Positions 50,562 through 60,989 of a stretch of DNA of 64,000 nucleotides are shown in pieces (position 1 is the stretch's first letter; each line of letters opens with the position of its first letter). The notes under the pieces are model-generated. The model searched no databases. It was not told the DNA's origin and was given only the letters and a program-made list of their open reading frames with translations. The position numbers were made by a program, and so were the translations under genes. This DNA is from an uncultured delta proteobacterium (lineage in GTDB: Bacteria > Myxococcota_A > Polyangia > Fen-1088): the NCBI GenBank assembly GCA_963767925.1, contig CAVYGB010000008.1, forward strand, positions 32,001 to 96,000. Reading direction: 5' to 3'.

Positions 50562-53303
50562 ATGGCCAACGAGGAGCAGGTGCGACTAGCCGAGGCCGGA
50601 TCGTCGGAGAAGCCCTGGCGAAAATGGGGTCCTTACCTCAGCGAGCGACAGTGGGGTACGGTGCGGGAGGATCGCAGCCCGGGGGGCGACGCCTGGAACT
50701 ACCTGAGCCACGACGCCTCCCGGGCCCGGGCCTATCGCTGGGGCGAGGACGGCCTGGCGGGTATCTCTGACGACAAGCAGCTCCTGTGCCTGTCGCTCGC
50801 CCTGTGGAACGAGAAGGATCCCATCCTCAAAGAGCGGCTGTTCGGGCTGACCAACAGCGAGGGGAACCACGGCGAAGACGTGAAGGAGTACTACTTCTAT
50901 CTCGACAACACCCCCACCCACTCGTACATGAAATACCTGTACAAGTACCCCCAGGGGGCCTACCCCTATCAGGAGCTGCTCGACAGGAACCGCAGCCGGT
51001 CCCGCAACGACCTGGAGTTCGAGCTGCTCGATACCGGCATCTTCGCCGACGATCGCTACTTCGACGTCTTCGTGGAGTACGCCAAGGCGGCGCCGGAGGA
51101 CCTGCTTGTCGAGATCATCGTCCACAACCGGGGTCCTGAGCCGGCGCCCTTGCGGGTCCTGCCCACCCTCTGGTTTCGCAACATCTGGGGCCCCCGGGAC
51201 CCACGCCCCTCCCTCGTGTCCGGCCCCAGCGCCGCGGGCGCGCCGGTCATCGTGGCCGATCATCCGGCGCTCGGCCGGCGTTACCTGCTGGCCCAGCCCG
51301 GCGCCGAGTTGCTGTTCGTCGACAACGAGACCAACCGCTTCCGGTTCCCCGAGACGAGCGGGTCGGCGAAATATTACAAGGACGGGATCGACTACTACGT
51401 CGTGCGGGACAACCGCGACGCGGTCAACCCGCAGCGGACCGGCACCAAGGCGGCCGCCCACTACCGCCTCACCGTGCCCGCGGGCGGGCAGGCCACGGTC
51501 CGCTTGCGGCTGAGCAACCTGCCCACCAGCGCCCTGGGCCCCGACCCTCTCGGCGCGGGCTTCTCCCGCACGCTGGAGGCCCGGCGGGGCGAGGCCGACG
51601 CCTTTTACGAAGAGGTGATCCCCTCCGCGCTCTCCCCCGACCAGCGCCACGTGACCCGGCAGGCCCTGGCCGGGATGTTGTGGAGCAAGCAGTTCTACGA
51701 CTACGACGTCACGGCCTGGCTGACCGACCGGGGGACCAGCCCCTTCGAAAATGGGCACCGGGCCGGCCCCCGCAACAGCGACTGGTACCACATGGTCAAC
51801 GGCGACGTCATCTCCATGCCCGACAAGTGGGAATATCCCTGGTACGCCGCCTGGGACCTGGCCTTCCATGCCTTGCCGCTGGGCCTCGTCGATCCGGAGT
51901 TCGCCAAGCGCCAGCTCCTCCTGTTGCTGCAGGAACGTTACCTGCACCCCAACGGGCAGGTGCCGGCCTACGAATGGAACTTCGGCGACGTCAATCCACC
52001 GGTCCACGCCTGGGCGGCCTACTTCCTGTACCAGCTCGACCGGCGGCGCACGGGGGTAGGTGACCTGGTCTTTCTCAAAACCGCCTTCCACAAGCTGCTG
52101 CTGAACTTCACCTGGTGGGTCAACCGCAAGGATCCCAGCGGCCGCAACGTGTTCGAAGGGGGCTTTCTCGGGCTCGACAACATCGGCGTCTTCGACCGGA
52201 GCGCGCCCCTGCCCACCGGCGGTCACCTCGAGCAGGCCGACGGGACCGCCTGGATGGCCTTCTATTCCCAGGTCATGTTGCAGATCTCCATCGAGCTGGC
52301 GCTGGACGATCCCACCTACGCCGAGATGGCGAGCAAGTTCTTCGAGCACTTCATCTGGATCGCGGGCGCCATGACCCACATCGGCGGCGGCTGCCAGATG
52401 TGGGACGAGGAGGACGGCTTCTTCTACGACGTCCTGCGCACGCCCGATGGCGGCTCCACCCGGCTGAAGGTCCAGTCCATGGTGGGGCTGCTCCCGCTGG
52501 CGGCGACGACCGTCTTCAGCGGGCGGGCCCGGGAGAAGCTGCCGGGGCTGTTCGAGCGGGCCCGCTGGTTCGTCGAGCAGCGCCCGCAGCTCGTGGGAAA
52601 CATGCACGATCCCCGGCGGCCAGGCGCCTTCCCGGAGCGGCGCCTGCTCGCCATCCTCGGCGAGGACCGGCTGCGGCGGGTGCTGGCCCACATGCTCGAC
52701 GAGAACGAATTCCTCAGCCCCTACGGCATCCGCTCGCTGTCGGCCCGCCACCGCGACGAGCCCTACCGGTTCTGGGCGGGGGGACAGGCCTACAGCGTGG
52801 GCTACCTCCCGGCCGAGTCGGACAGCGGCATGTTCGGCGGCAACTCCAACTGGCGGGGCCCGATCTGGATGCCGGTCAACGCCCTGCTCATCCGGGCGCT
52901 GGTCAACTACTACGCCTACTACGGCGACAGCTTCCAGCAGGAGTTCCCCACCGGATCGGGGCGGACGATGAACCTGTTCCAGATCGCCCGCGAGCTGACC
53001 CAGCGGCTGGGCCGCATCTTCACCGCCGACGCGCAGGGGCACCGGCCGGTCCACGGGGGGGCGAGCAAGTTCCGGGACGATCCCCGCTGGCGCGACCACC
53101 TCCTGTTTTACGAGTACTTCCACGGGGACAACGGGGCCGGCCTCGGCGCCAGCCATCAGACCGGCTGGACCGGCCTGGTGGCGGCGCTGCTCAGCTACTT
53201 TGCCACCATGACCCCCGAGCAAGTTGTCGAGATGGGAGAGGGGGTGGCGCCGGGGAGCCGGAACCCGCCATCACCGGCGCCGCGCGCGGCACAACCAGGC
53301 TGA
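50562..53303 (+). CDS. MGH1/GH63-like glycoside hydrolase (glucosidase)
   Basis: WGPYLSERQWGTVRED, GNHGEDVKE, SMPDKWEYPWYAAWDLAFH, GGNSNWRGPIW, EYFHGDNGAGLGASHQTGWT. Confidence 0.9.
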   Translation: MANEEQVRLAEAGSSEKPWRKWGPYLSERQWGTVREDRSPGGDAWNYLSHDASRARAYRWGEDGLAGISDDKQLLCLSLALWNEKDPILKERLFGLTNSEGNHGEDVKEYYFYLDNTPTHSYMKYLYKYPQGAYPYQELLDRNRSRSRNDLEFELLDTGIFADDRYFDVFVEYAKAAPEDLLVEIIVHNRGPEPAPLRVLPTLWFRNIWGPRDPRPSLVSGPSAAGAPVIVADHPALGRRYLLAQPGAELLFVDNETNRFRFPETSGSAKYYKDGIDYYVVRDNRDAVNPQRTGTKAAAHYRLTVPAGGQATVRLRLSNLPTSALGPDPLGAGFSRTLEARRGEADAFYEEVIPSALSPDQRHVTRQALAGMLWSKQFYDYDVTAWLTDRGTSPFENGHRAGPRNSDWYHMVNGDVISMPDKWEYPWYAAWDLAFHALPLGLVDPEFAKRQLLLLLQERYLHPNGQVPAYEWNFGDVNPPVHAWAAYFLYQLDRRRTGVGDLVFLKTAFHKLLLNFTWWVNRKDPSGRNVFEGGFLGLDNIGVFDRSAPLPTGGHLEQADGTAWMAFYSQVMLQISIELALDDPTYAEMASKFFEHFIWIAGAMTHIGGGCQMWDEEDGFFYDVLRTPDGGSTRLKVQSMVGLLPLAATTVFSGRAREKLPGLFERARWFVEQRPQLVGNMHDPRRPGAFPERRLLAILGEDRLRRVLAHMLDENEFLSPYGIRSLSARHRDEPYRFWAGGQAYSVGYLPAESDSGMFGGNSNWRGPIWMPVNALLIRALVNYYAYYGDSFQQEFPTGSGRTMNLFQIARELTQRLGRIFTADAQGHRPVHGGASKFRDDPRWRDHLLFYEYFHGDNGAGLGASHQTGWTGLVAALLSYFATMTPEQVVEMGEGVAPGSRNPPSPAPRAAQPG

Positions 53304-53321
53304 AGCTCCGAGGGAGGCAAC

Positions 53322-54011
53322 ATGCGGGTGCTGATCGTCGACGACCACATGGTCTTTCGTGAAGGTATAAAGTCGGTGCTGGCCGGGCTGGCCGACTTCG
53401 AGGTGGTGGGCGAAGCGGAGGCGGCCGAGGAGGCCTTCAGCGTCGCCGACGCCGAGCGGCCCGATCTGGTCGTCCTCGACCTGGTCTTGCCGGGCCTGGA
53501 CGGCTGCGGGGTGGCCCGGGAGCTGCGGCGCCGGCGGGCCGACGTGAAGATCTTCGCCCTCACGGTGTGCGACACCGCCCAGGACCTGCTCGACGCGCTC
53601 GACGCCGGCGTGCAGGGCTTCGCGCTGAAGTCGGAGCCCCTCGAGGCGGTGGTGGCGGGCATGCGCCGGGTAGCCGCCGGTGGCCGCTACGTGACACCCG
53701 CCCTGGCGCACATCTCGGAGCGGGTCCGCCGCTCCGGCTGCGCGACAAACGTGCTCGCCCTGCTCTCGGCCCGGGAGCGGCAGGTATTCGGGATGGCCAC
53801 CGGCGGCCAGTCCGCGGCCCAGATCGCCCAGATCCTCTCCATCTCCCGCAAGACCGTGGAGACCCACCGCCACCGCATCCAGAAGAAGTTCGGCCTGCGC
53901 AGCGCCAGCGACCTCGTCCGCTTCGCCGCCCTCCACGGCCTCATGCCCCCATCTTTACCCACCCCCCTCGAACCCACCGACTCCTCCCCCGACCCCCTCC
54001 CAGCTCCGTGA
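53322..54011 (+). CDS. NarL/LuxR family response regulator, close paralog of 37210-37872
   Basis: MRVLIVDDH, LDLVLPGLDG, ISRKTVETHR, SDLVRFAALHGL; GGAGG RBS. Confidence 0.93.
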   Translation: MRVLIVDDHMVFREGIKSVLAGLADFEVVGEAEAAEEAFSVADAERPDLVVLDLVLPGLDGCGVARELRRRRADVKIFALTVCDTAQDLLDALDAGVQGFALKSEPLEAVVAGMRRVAAGGRYVTPALAHISERVRRSGCATNVLALLSARERQVFGMATGGQSAAQIAQILSISRKTVETHRHRIQKKFGLRSASDLVRFAALHGLMPPSLPTPLEPTDSSPDPLPAP

Positions 54012-54077
54012 CGGTTTCCCCGCCCCCGCCCGGGGGTGACCTCCGCCCCCCCCCCGGGCCACCCGACACCCCCCGCC

Positions 54078-55574
54078 TCAGCCGTCGTGCAAGGCAAACG
54101 CGTGGCACCCCCACGGCGGCAAGTCGAGATACAGCCCCGGACTATGAAGCGACCCCGCCTCGCGGTCATACCGGGCGTCGCCAATCTGATCCGCGAGCAC
54201 CACCTTGCCGGCCCGAGCTGGCAGATCGAGGTCGAGATAACACTGCGCCGGCGTGGGCCCATAGTTGACCACCGTCAGCAGCCGGCGCCCGCCGTCGTCC
54301 CAGAGCCCGGCCACGAACTGTTCAAAGCTGGAGTTGCCGTTCCAGGCCGGGCGCGGCTCGAGCAGCCGCCACTGGCCCTCGTGCACCTCGGATCGGCGCA
54401 GGCAGGCGAGCAGGCGGTCGTAGAACGCGCTCAGCTCCGAATCAACGCTCTCGCGGGGACGGCGCCCGAGGTGCATGGAGGCGCGGGCCCGGCGGCCCTG
54501 CAGCTCACCTTCGTGAAAGAAGCGCAGCCCGGGCACGAAGAAGGTGATGACGGCGGCCGCCTTGTGCCGGGCCAGCGGCTCGAAGGTGGCAGCCGCCCGG
54601 GGCTCGTCGTGGTTCTCCAGGAAGCGGAGCGACCGGTCCTGGAAGTCGCGGTTCGCCCGCAGGTGCCCGGCCACCGGGCCCGCCGGACCGGCCACCAGGC
54701 GATCGTAGAGCCGCTTGTCGTAGGTGTAGTCGAAGCCGGCCTGCTGCAGCTCCCACTCCATGTCCCAGTAGACCTCGGCGATGAAGACGAAGCCGGGGTG
54801 ACGCCGGACGATGCGGGCGATGGCGTCGTGCCAGAACGGCTGGTCGATTGCGCCGCTGCCGTCGGAGGGGGTCGAGCGGTCGCCCCAGGTGCGCAGGAAG
54901 ATCTGGGGCTGGACCAGCATGGCCATGTCGCAGCGGACGCCATCGCAGCGCTCGGCGACGCGGGCGAGCTGGCCCAGCATCGACTCGCGGAGGCCGGCGT
55001 GGCGGTAGTTGAGCTGGAGGGCGTCGGGCCAGCCGGGAAAGTAGGGGTCGCGTCCGAAGGCCAGCACCCGGGGGCCGCGGCTGGTGGCGAAACGTCCCCA
55101 GTTCTGGGGCTCGCGGTGAAGGTCATCCTCGGTCCCCTCGATGAAGAACTCGGGATGCTGGTTGACCCAGGCGTGGTCGGGGGCCACGTGGTTGGGGACG
55201 AAGTCGAGCAGCAGCCTGAGGTTGCGGCGGGCCAGCCGCTCCCGCAGCCGGGCCAGCGCGACGTTGCCCCCGAAGTCCCGGTGCACCTCGTAGGCCTGCA
55301 CGGCGAAGGGCGAGCCCACCACGTCCTCGTCCCGCCAGTCGGGCAGCTCGTGACGGTACGAGTCGCGCAGCGCCGGTCGGGTCCGGGAGATCTCGCGTCC
55401 GGCCGGCCCCGTCTGCCACACCCCCAGCGGCCAGAGCCACTCGAAGCCGCGGGCGGCGACGCCGTCGAGGAAGTCGTCGGGCAGGTCCTCGAGCCCCGCC
55501 CGGCGGCCCAGCGTCCGCCCGAGCTCGCCCAGCAGGACCCGGGTATTGATCTGATAAAGAAGTGGGTGGCGCAT
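54078..55574 (-). CDS. alpha-amylase family (GH13) glycoside hydrolase
   Basis: LYQINTR, LDFVPNH, DGVRCDMAML, IAEVYW, FLENHDE. Confidence 0.92.
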   Translation of the reverse strand: MRHPLLYQINTRVLLGELGRTLGRRAGLEDLPDDFLDGVAARGFEWLWPLGVWQTGPAGREISRTRPALRDSYRHELPDWRDEDVVGSPFAVQAYEVHRDFGGNVALARLRERLARRNLRLLLDFVPNHVAPDHAWVNQHPEFFIEGTEDDLHREPQNWGRFATSRGPRVLAFGRDPYFPGWPDALQLNYRHAGLRESMLGQLARVAERCDGVRCDMAMLVQPQIFLRTWGDRSTPSDGSGAIDQPFWHDAIARIVRRHPGFVFIAEVYWDMEWELQQAGFDYTYDKRLYDRLVAGPAGPVAGHLRANRDFQDRSLRFLENHDEPRAAATFEPLARHKAAAVITFFVPGLRFFHEGELQGRRARASMHLGRRPRESVDSELSAFYDRLLACLRRSEVHEGQWRLLEPRPAWNGNSSFEQFVAGLWDDGGRRLLTVVNYGPTPAQCYLDLDLPARAGKVVLADQIGDARYDREAGSLHSPGLYLDLPPWGCHAFALHDG

Positions 55575-55762
55575 GTCAGCTCCTTGCCCGCGCGCCGTGG
55601 CCGCCCGGGCCGTTGTCCATCGGAGAGTGTCGCCCGTTCAGAGTGACGAGCGGGGTCTCCGGAGACAACGCCCGGCCGCGAGGCCCCGCCGATTGGCGGG
55701 TCTCACTTACAGCCGCTGGAGGCGGACGGGTCGGTTCCTCCCGGGCGCCACCCGACCGCCCC

Positions 55763-56383
55763 TCACTTGCCGGACGGCTCGATCGCCACGGCCATCGCCT
55801 CGGTGAAGGCCAGCTCGATCACCTCACCCGCCTTCAGCCCCTTGAGCCGCTCACGCAGCTCGGGATCTTGCACGGCGATCTCCTGCGTCTTGCCCTCCGG
55901 TCCCTTGACCTTCAGCACGTTCTTCTTGGTGTCGACCGACACGATCTGGGCGGAGACGATCTGGGTCCGCTCCATGGTCCCGCCCGGGCGATCGCCCTGG
56001 GTCCGCTCGACGGTCTCCTTCAGCGACTCACCGGGCTTCGCCTCGCCGGCCCGGCGGACGGCGAGGGCCACCGACTCCTGATAGGACATCTTGATCCGGT
56101 CGCCCTTCTTGATCTGCTCGAACCCTGTCGCCTCGGGCGGGACGTTGACCGTCATGGTCTTGCCCTGCTCGGTCTTCAGGGTGACCGTCCGCTTCTCTCG
56201 ATCCATCGCCTCGACGGTGGCGGTGGCGGTCTTCGTCTCACCGGCGGCGCCCGCCATGCGGGTGCTTGGGTCCGGAGCCTGGCGCGCGGACGCCATCCGG
56301 GACTGGACCAGGATGCCGGCGCTGAGCCCGGTGCCGACGACGATGCCGGCCATGATCAGCATGAACGACGTTGATTTTCTCAT
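55763..56383 (-). CDS. secreted hypothetical protein with two OB-fold-like repeats
   Basis: N-terminal hydrophobic segment; repeat A.V..[MV]D..KR.[VL]TLK...G........[IL]K.G[DE].I....E..A. Confidence 0.7.
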   Translation of the reverse strand: MRKSTSFMLIMAGIVVGTGLSAGILVQSRMASARQAPDPSTRMAGAAGETKTATATVEAMDREKRTVTLKTEQGKTMTVNVPPEATGFEQIKKGDRIKMSYQESVALAVRRAGEAKPGESLKETVERTQGDRPGGTMERTQIVSAQIVSVDTKKNVLKVKGPEGKTQEIAVQDPELRERLKGLKAGEVIELAFTEAMAVAIEPSGK

Positions 56384-56637
56384 CGTGAACCTCCCACGCG
56401 CCGCGAATATTGCAGCGCCGAGCGACAAGGTGAGACCAGGGGGCCCCTCGGCCAGGTTCACCCGCCCCCGGGGCCGATATTCGGGAGATTTCCGACCCGA
56501 CATGTCGGCGGCGATCGCGGGGTGGGTACGCGAAATACCCAGGCGCGGCCGGAGAGGCCGGGAAAACACCGCGGAATAGGGCGGACAGCGGAAAAACCCC
56601 GAGATATGGTGGGCCGCCCGTCGGCGCCAGTCCTCTC

Positions 56638-58155
56638 GTGCAGAAGCCCCCCTCCCAGCCTCCCTCCCTCCGTGCGCTCTGCTTCACCTGCGCCCTCGTC
56701 GCGGGCGCCCTGCGCTGCTCCAGCCCGGAGCCGGAGGCGGCGGTCGACCCTGCCCCGGACCTGGCGCTCGCTGGCCCGCGCTGTCCGGTCGAGATCGCCG
56801 AGGTCGCCGCCTACCAGACCGTGAAGATCTCCCTCGGCCGGCCGGAGGGGACCGCCGCCCCCCGCAACGCCGAGCTGATCGCGGGCAAGGAAGCGCTGAT
56901 CCGCGTGTTCGTCGCGCCGACCGCCGCCCTTCCCGTCGCGGGCGTCACCGTGCGCTGGACCCTCTCCTCCGCGGCCGGCGAGCACAGCCAGGAGGCCAGC
57001 GCCGCGGTGACCGCCGCCTCCCGGGACGAGCTCCCGGCCAGCACCTTCGACTTCGCCGTCGCCGCGGCCGACCTCGATCCCGGGGCCCGGGCCACCGTCG
57101 AGATCGTGGCCCCCGCCGCCTGCGCCGGCTTGCCGCGCACCCGCCTTCCCCGCCGCGGCGACCTGGAGCTGCGGCCGCGAACGCTGGGCACGCTCCGCGT
57201 GCGGATCGTGCCCCTTCGTTACCAGGCCGACGGATCGGGCCGTCTGCCCGATACGTCCGGGACTCAGCTCGAGGCCTTCCGGGAGGCGTTGCTGGCCATG
57301 TTCCCGGCCCCCGCCGTCGAGCTCAGCCTTCGCGAGCCCGTCGACACGGGCGTGGCGCTGGGCCCGAACCAGGGCTGGCCCGCGCTGCTCGACGGGCTCC
57401 GACACCTGCGGGCGCAGGACCGCCCGCCCGACGACGTCTATTACTTCGGGCTGGTGGCCCCCGCCCCGGGTCACGCCCGCTACTGCGGCAGCGCCTGCAC
57501 CACCGGCGTCTCCTTCGTCCCCGGCCCCAGGAGCGCCGCCATCCGGGTCAGCGTCGGCCTGGGCTTCTCTGGCCGGCCCGCCGTCGAGGGGCTGGTCCAC
57601 GAGCTGGGCCATGCCCACGGCCGGACCCACGCCCCCTGTGGCGTGCCCCGCGACCCGGATCCCGACTTTCCTTATCCGGAGGCGCTGATCGGCGTGTGGG
57701 GCTTCGACCCGCGGGGCCCCGACCACCTGCGCGCGCCGCTCGCCACCCGCGACATCATGGGCTACTGCGGCCCCCGCTGGGTGTCGGACTACACCTTTCG
57801 CGGGCTGACCTTGCGGAGCGCACAGGTCAACCGCACACCCGCCGATCAGGTGGCCGCGCGCTGGATCGGTGGATCGACGATCTCCGCCGAGGTGCCCCGC
57901 TGGCGGACCCTGTTCGTCGATCCGGCCGGGCGCGCGCGCTGGGGCTGGCCGGCCGAGGGCGAGGCCGCCGGCCCGGCGGTCCCCGCCCTGCTGCTCGACG
58001 CCGCCGGAGAGAGCCGGGGACAGGTCGAGGTGTCGATCATCGAGCTGGCCGACACCGACGAGCGGCTGCTCTGGGTGCCCGAGGCCGCCGCCGCCGCCCA
58101 CACGCTGGTCCTCGCCGGACGCCCGCCCGTGATCCTTCCGACGCCGGCCCGCTGA
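56638..58155 (+). CDS. secreted/lipoprotein zinc metallopeptidase (metzincin, M66-like)
   Basis: HELGHAHGRTH zinc motif, downstream Met-turn DIMGYC, ALRC lipobox-like motif. Confidence 0.82.
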   Translation: MQKPPSQPPSLRALCFTCALVAGALRCSSPEPEAAVDPAPDLALAGPRCPVEIAEVAAYQTVKISLGRPEGTAAPRNAELIAGKEALIRVFVAPTAALPVAGVTVRWTLSSAAGEHSQEASAAVTAASRDELPASTFDFAVAAADLDPGARATVEIVAPAACAGLPRTRLPRRGDLELRPRTLGTLRVRIVPLRYQADGSGRLPDTSGTQLEAFREALLAMFPAPAVELSLREPVDTGVALGPNQGWPALLDGLRHLRAQDRPPDDVYYFGLVAPAPGHARYCGSACTTGVSFVPGPRSAAIRVSVGLGFSGRPAVEGLVHELGHAHGRTHAPCGVPRDPDPDFPYPEALIGVWGFDPRGPDHLRAPLATRDIMGYCGPRWVSDYTFRGLTLRSAQVNRTPADQVAARWIGGSTISAEVPRWRTLFVDPAGRARWGWPAEGEAAGPAVPALLLDAAGESRGQVEVSIIELADTDERLLWVPEAAAAAHTLVLAGRPPVILPTPAR

Positions 58156-58226
58156 GCCTGGCTTTCAGTGTCCGTCGGACAGCGCTCCGACGTCGAGCGA
58201 CCACATCTCGGTCGGGAGGAGGCCAC

Positions 58227-59213
58227 ATGAGCAAGCTCGAACGGACCAGGGGAAGCGTTTGTCGGAGCGGTGCTGTCGCGCTGTCGGCGGTGCTCGTCGC
58301 GGCCGCGGGTAGCGGAGGCTGCTGGTGGTGGGACGACGACGTGGCCGCCGGGTCGGCGGACTACGCCTACGAATATTACTATCCGTACACCTATTACTAT
58401 CCGGCCGATCTCTCCTACTCCTCGATGTACTGGTCGGACGACTATCTGTACTCTGACTGGTATTACGCCCAGTCGGGCAGCAGCGAGACCTCGCGCCTCG
58501 GCGTGGGGAGCTTCCTGCGCGCCCTGGCGCGCGGCGAGGCGGTCTGCCCCGGGCAGGTGACGATCACCCCCCGCATGGCGCCGCCGCCCTGCCTGTCGCC
58601 CGACACCACCTCGGTGCGCAGCGGGGCCACCATCGTGTTCAGCGGCTGTCAGACGGCGGGCGGCGGCCGGATCGACGGCACCATCGATGTGCAGGCCAAC
58701 CGTTCGGCCAGCGAGCAGACCTGCTCGTCGAACACCCGCATCACGATGTCGCACACGACCACCATCACCGACCTGACCTTCACCGGTCCGGGCGGGGGGC
58801 GCCTCGTGATCCCGACCCAGACCGACACCGGCACGAACACCTACAACTACGGGGAGCTGCCGGCGATGGTCGGGGTCACCTCGATGGGGCGCTTGCAGGT
58901 CTACGCTGCCAATGGCTCGCTCACCGCCGATCACAGCCACAACGGCACGCGAAACATCACCTACCAGGCCAGCAACAAGACGTACACCGTCTCGGGGATG
59001 ATCAACACCCAGGACGCGCGGGCGGGCGCCAGCGCCAGCCTGGTGGGCAGCAACATCACCCGCACGACCGACTGCTGCCACCCGACCTCGGGTCGGCTCG
59101 TGGTAACGCGAACCGGAGGTACCAACCCCGGCGAGCACACCTGGATGTTCGGCGCGACCTGCGGTCAGATGTCTCTCGACGGCGCCGAGGTCACGCCTCC
59201 CGCCTGCCTGTGA
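58227..59213 (+). CDS. hypothetical lipoprotein with a Tyr-rich N-terminal segment and a Thr/Gly/Cys-rich beta domain
   Basis: GGAGGAGG RBS; SGGC lipobox-like motif; strong codon bias. Confidence 0.72.
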   Translation: MSKLERTRGSVCRSGAVALSAVLVAAAGSGGCWWWDDDVAAGSADYAYEYYYPYTYYYPADLSYSSMYWSDDYLYSDWYYAQSGSSETSRLGVGSFLRALARGEAVCPGQVTITPRMAPPPCLSPDTTSVRSGATIVFSGCQTAGGGRIDGTIDVQANRSASEQTCSSNTRITMSHTTTITDLTFTGPGGGRLVIPTQTDTGTNTYNYGELPAMVGVTSMGRLQVYAANGSLTADHSHNGTRNITYQASNKTYTVSGMINTQDARAGASASLVGSNITRTTDCCHPTSGRLVVTRTGGTNPGEHTWMFGATCGQMSLDGAEVTPPACL

Positions 59214-59468
59214 GGCACCCCGTCCCGCCGGTCCATCGTCGCAGACCTGCTCGGTCGGTGGATAGTCGGAAAAGCCCGCATACGGGGCCGTGTAGGTGCG
59301 CTTCTGATTTCGAGGGGCGGTCGGGATCGGGCGGGGGCGAACGTCCGCCCGGGGCGTTGAGAGCGAATAGACTGCCGAGTCGTGCTCCTGACTCTCCACG
59401 CGCACGGACCTCGGCTGGCCAGGTTGTCAGCGAGGCGGGTCGATGAAGCCAATTGCAACGGTGGACGC

Positions 59469-60966
59469 GTGATCATCACCGAAGAATCCGAGACCTCGAC
59501 GGCTGGCTTGTTGCTGGAAGTTCCCTTTGGATTGGCGGTGATCGATCCGGCGCGTGGGCTGATCGTGGAGATGAACCAGGCGGCCGAGCGGATCCTGGGG
59601 GTGTGGCCGACCTCGGCCATCTCTTTCCGGGAGGTGGTGGCGGGCGACGGGGCCGACCTGCTGCAGAGCCTGGATCGGATCGGGGCGGGCCGGAGCAGCC
59701 AGTTCGCCTTCCGCCCACGCGCAGGGAGCGACCCCCAGCCCCTGGTTCATGGCTGGGCCTACCGGGTCGAGCGCGACCACTGGCCCCTCATCTACTGCGC
59801 TTTCCTCCGGCCCGACGGGGACCTGACCCTGGCCAGCGACCGGGAGGGCGACCGGCGCAAGGACGAGTTCCTCGCGGTGCTGGCCCACGAGCTGCGCAAC
59901 CCCCTGGCCCCCATCCGCCTCTGGACCCAGCGCCTGCTGGGGGCCGAGGGGGTCTCGCCGGTGGTGCGCCACGCCAGCGAGGTCGTCGATCGCCAGGTCC
60001 GCCACCTGACCCGCCTGGTGGAGGACCTGCTCGAGGTGTCCCGTTTCATGTGGGGCAAGGTGGCGCTGCGCATGGAGCTGGTGTCCCTGCAGGAGGCCAT
60101 CGAGCTGGCGGTGCAGATGGCCCAGCCGCTCATCGAGGAGCGGAGACACGAGCTGACCCTGGCGCCCGGCCCGCCCGGCCTGTGGGTGCGCGGCGACCTG
60201 GCCCGGCTGGTCGAGATCTTCCAGAACCTGCTGGAGAACGCGGCCAAATACACCGCCCCCAGCGGGGACCTCCGGCTCACCGTCACGACCCTGGACCAGG
60301 AGGCGGTGGTGCAGGTGCAGGACAACGGGATCGGGATCGAGGCCGACTTCATGCCCCGCATCTTCGATCTCGTTCTCCCGCGGCCCCCGGGCCGAGCGCT
60401 CGCCGGCCGGCGGCCTGGGCCTGGGTCTGTCGCTGGTGCAGCAGGTGGTGCTGGCCCACGGCGGCCGGGTGGAGGCCCGCAGCGAGGGGCTGGGGCAGGG
60501 GAGCACCTTCGAGGTTCGGCTGCCGCTGGCCGAGGCGGCCGATCGGGTGGCGCCGCCGCCGCGCGAGGAGCCCATCCCGGAGGGGATCCGCTACCGGCTG
60601 CTGGTCGTCGACGACGATCGCGACGGGGGCGAGGCGCTGGCCTCCTACCTCAACGAGCTGGGGCACGAGGTGACCGCGGCCGCCGACGGGGACGGCGCCC
60701 TGGCCATCGCCGAGCGCATGCAGCCCGAGCTGGTCCTCCTCGACATCGGCATGCCCGGCATGGACGGTCACGAGCTCGCCCGCCGGCTGCGGGCGCTGCC
60801 CGGATCGCAGCAGGCGGTGCTGGTGGCGGTGACGGGCTACGACGCAGAGGCCGACCGGCAGCGCTCCCTGGCGGCCGGCTGCGACGAGCACCTGATCAAG
60901 CCGGTGGATCCCAAGGCGATCCTGGACCTGCTGGCCAAGTACCGCGCCTCCGGACGCCTGCGCTGA
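59469..60966 (+). CDS. hybrid histidine kinase (PAS-like, HisKA, HATPase, REC) with apparent +1 frameshift at about 60372 (start approximate)
   Basis: LAHELRNPL, NLLENAAKY, DNGIGI in one frame. FSRG...GGLGLGL...HGGRV..GQGSTF and the REC domain (LLDIGMPGMDG) follow in the next frame after gatctc-g-ttc. Confidence 0.85.
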
Positions 60967-60989
60967 CCACACCGGTGCTGCGACCAGGC

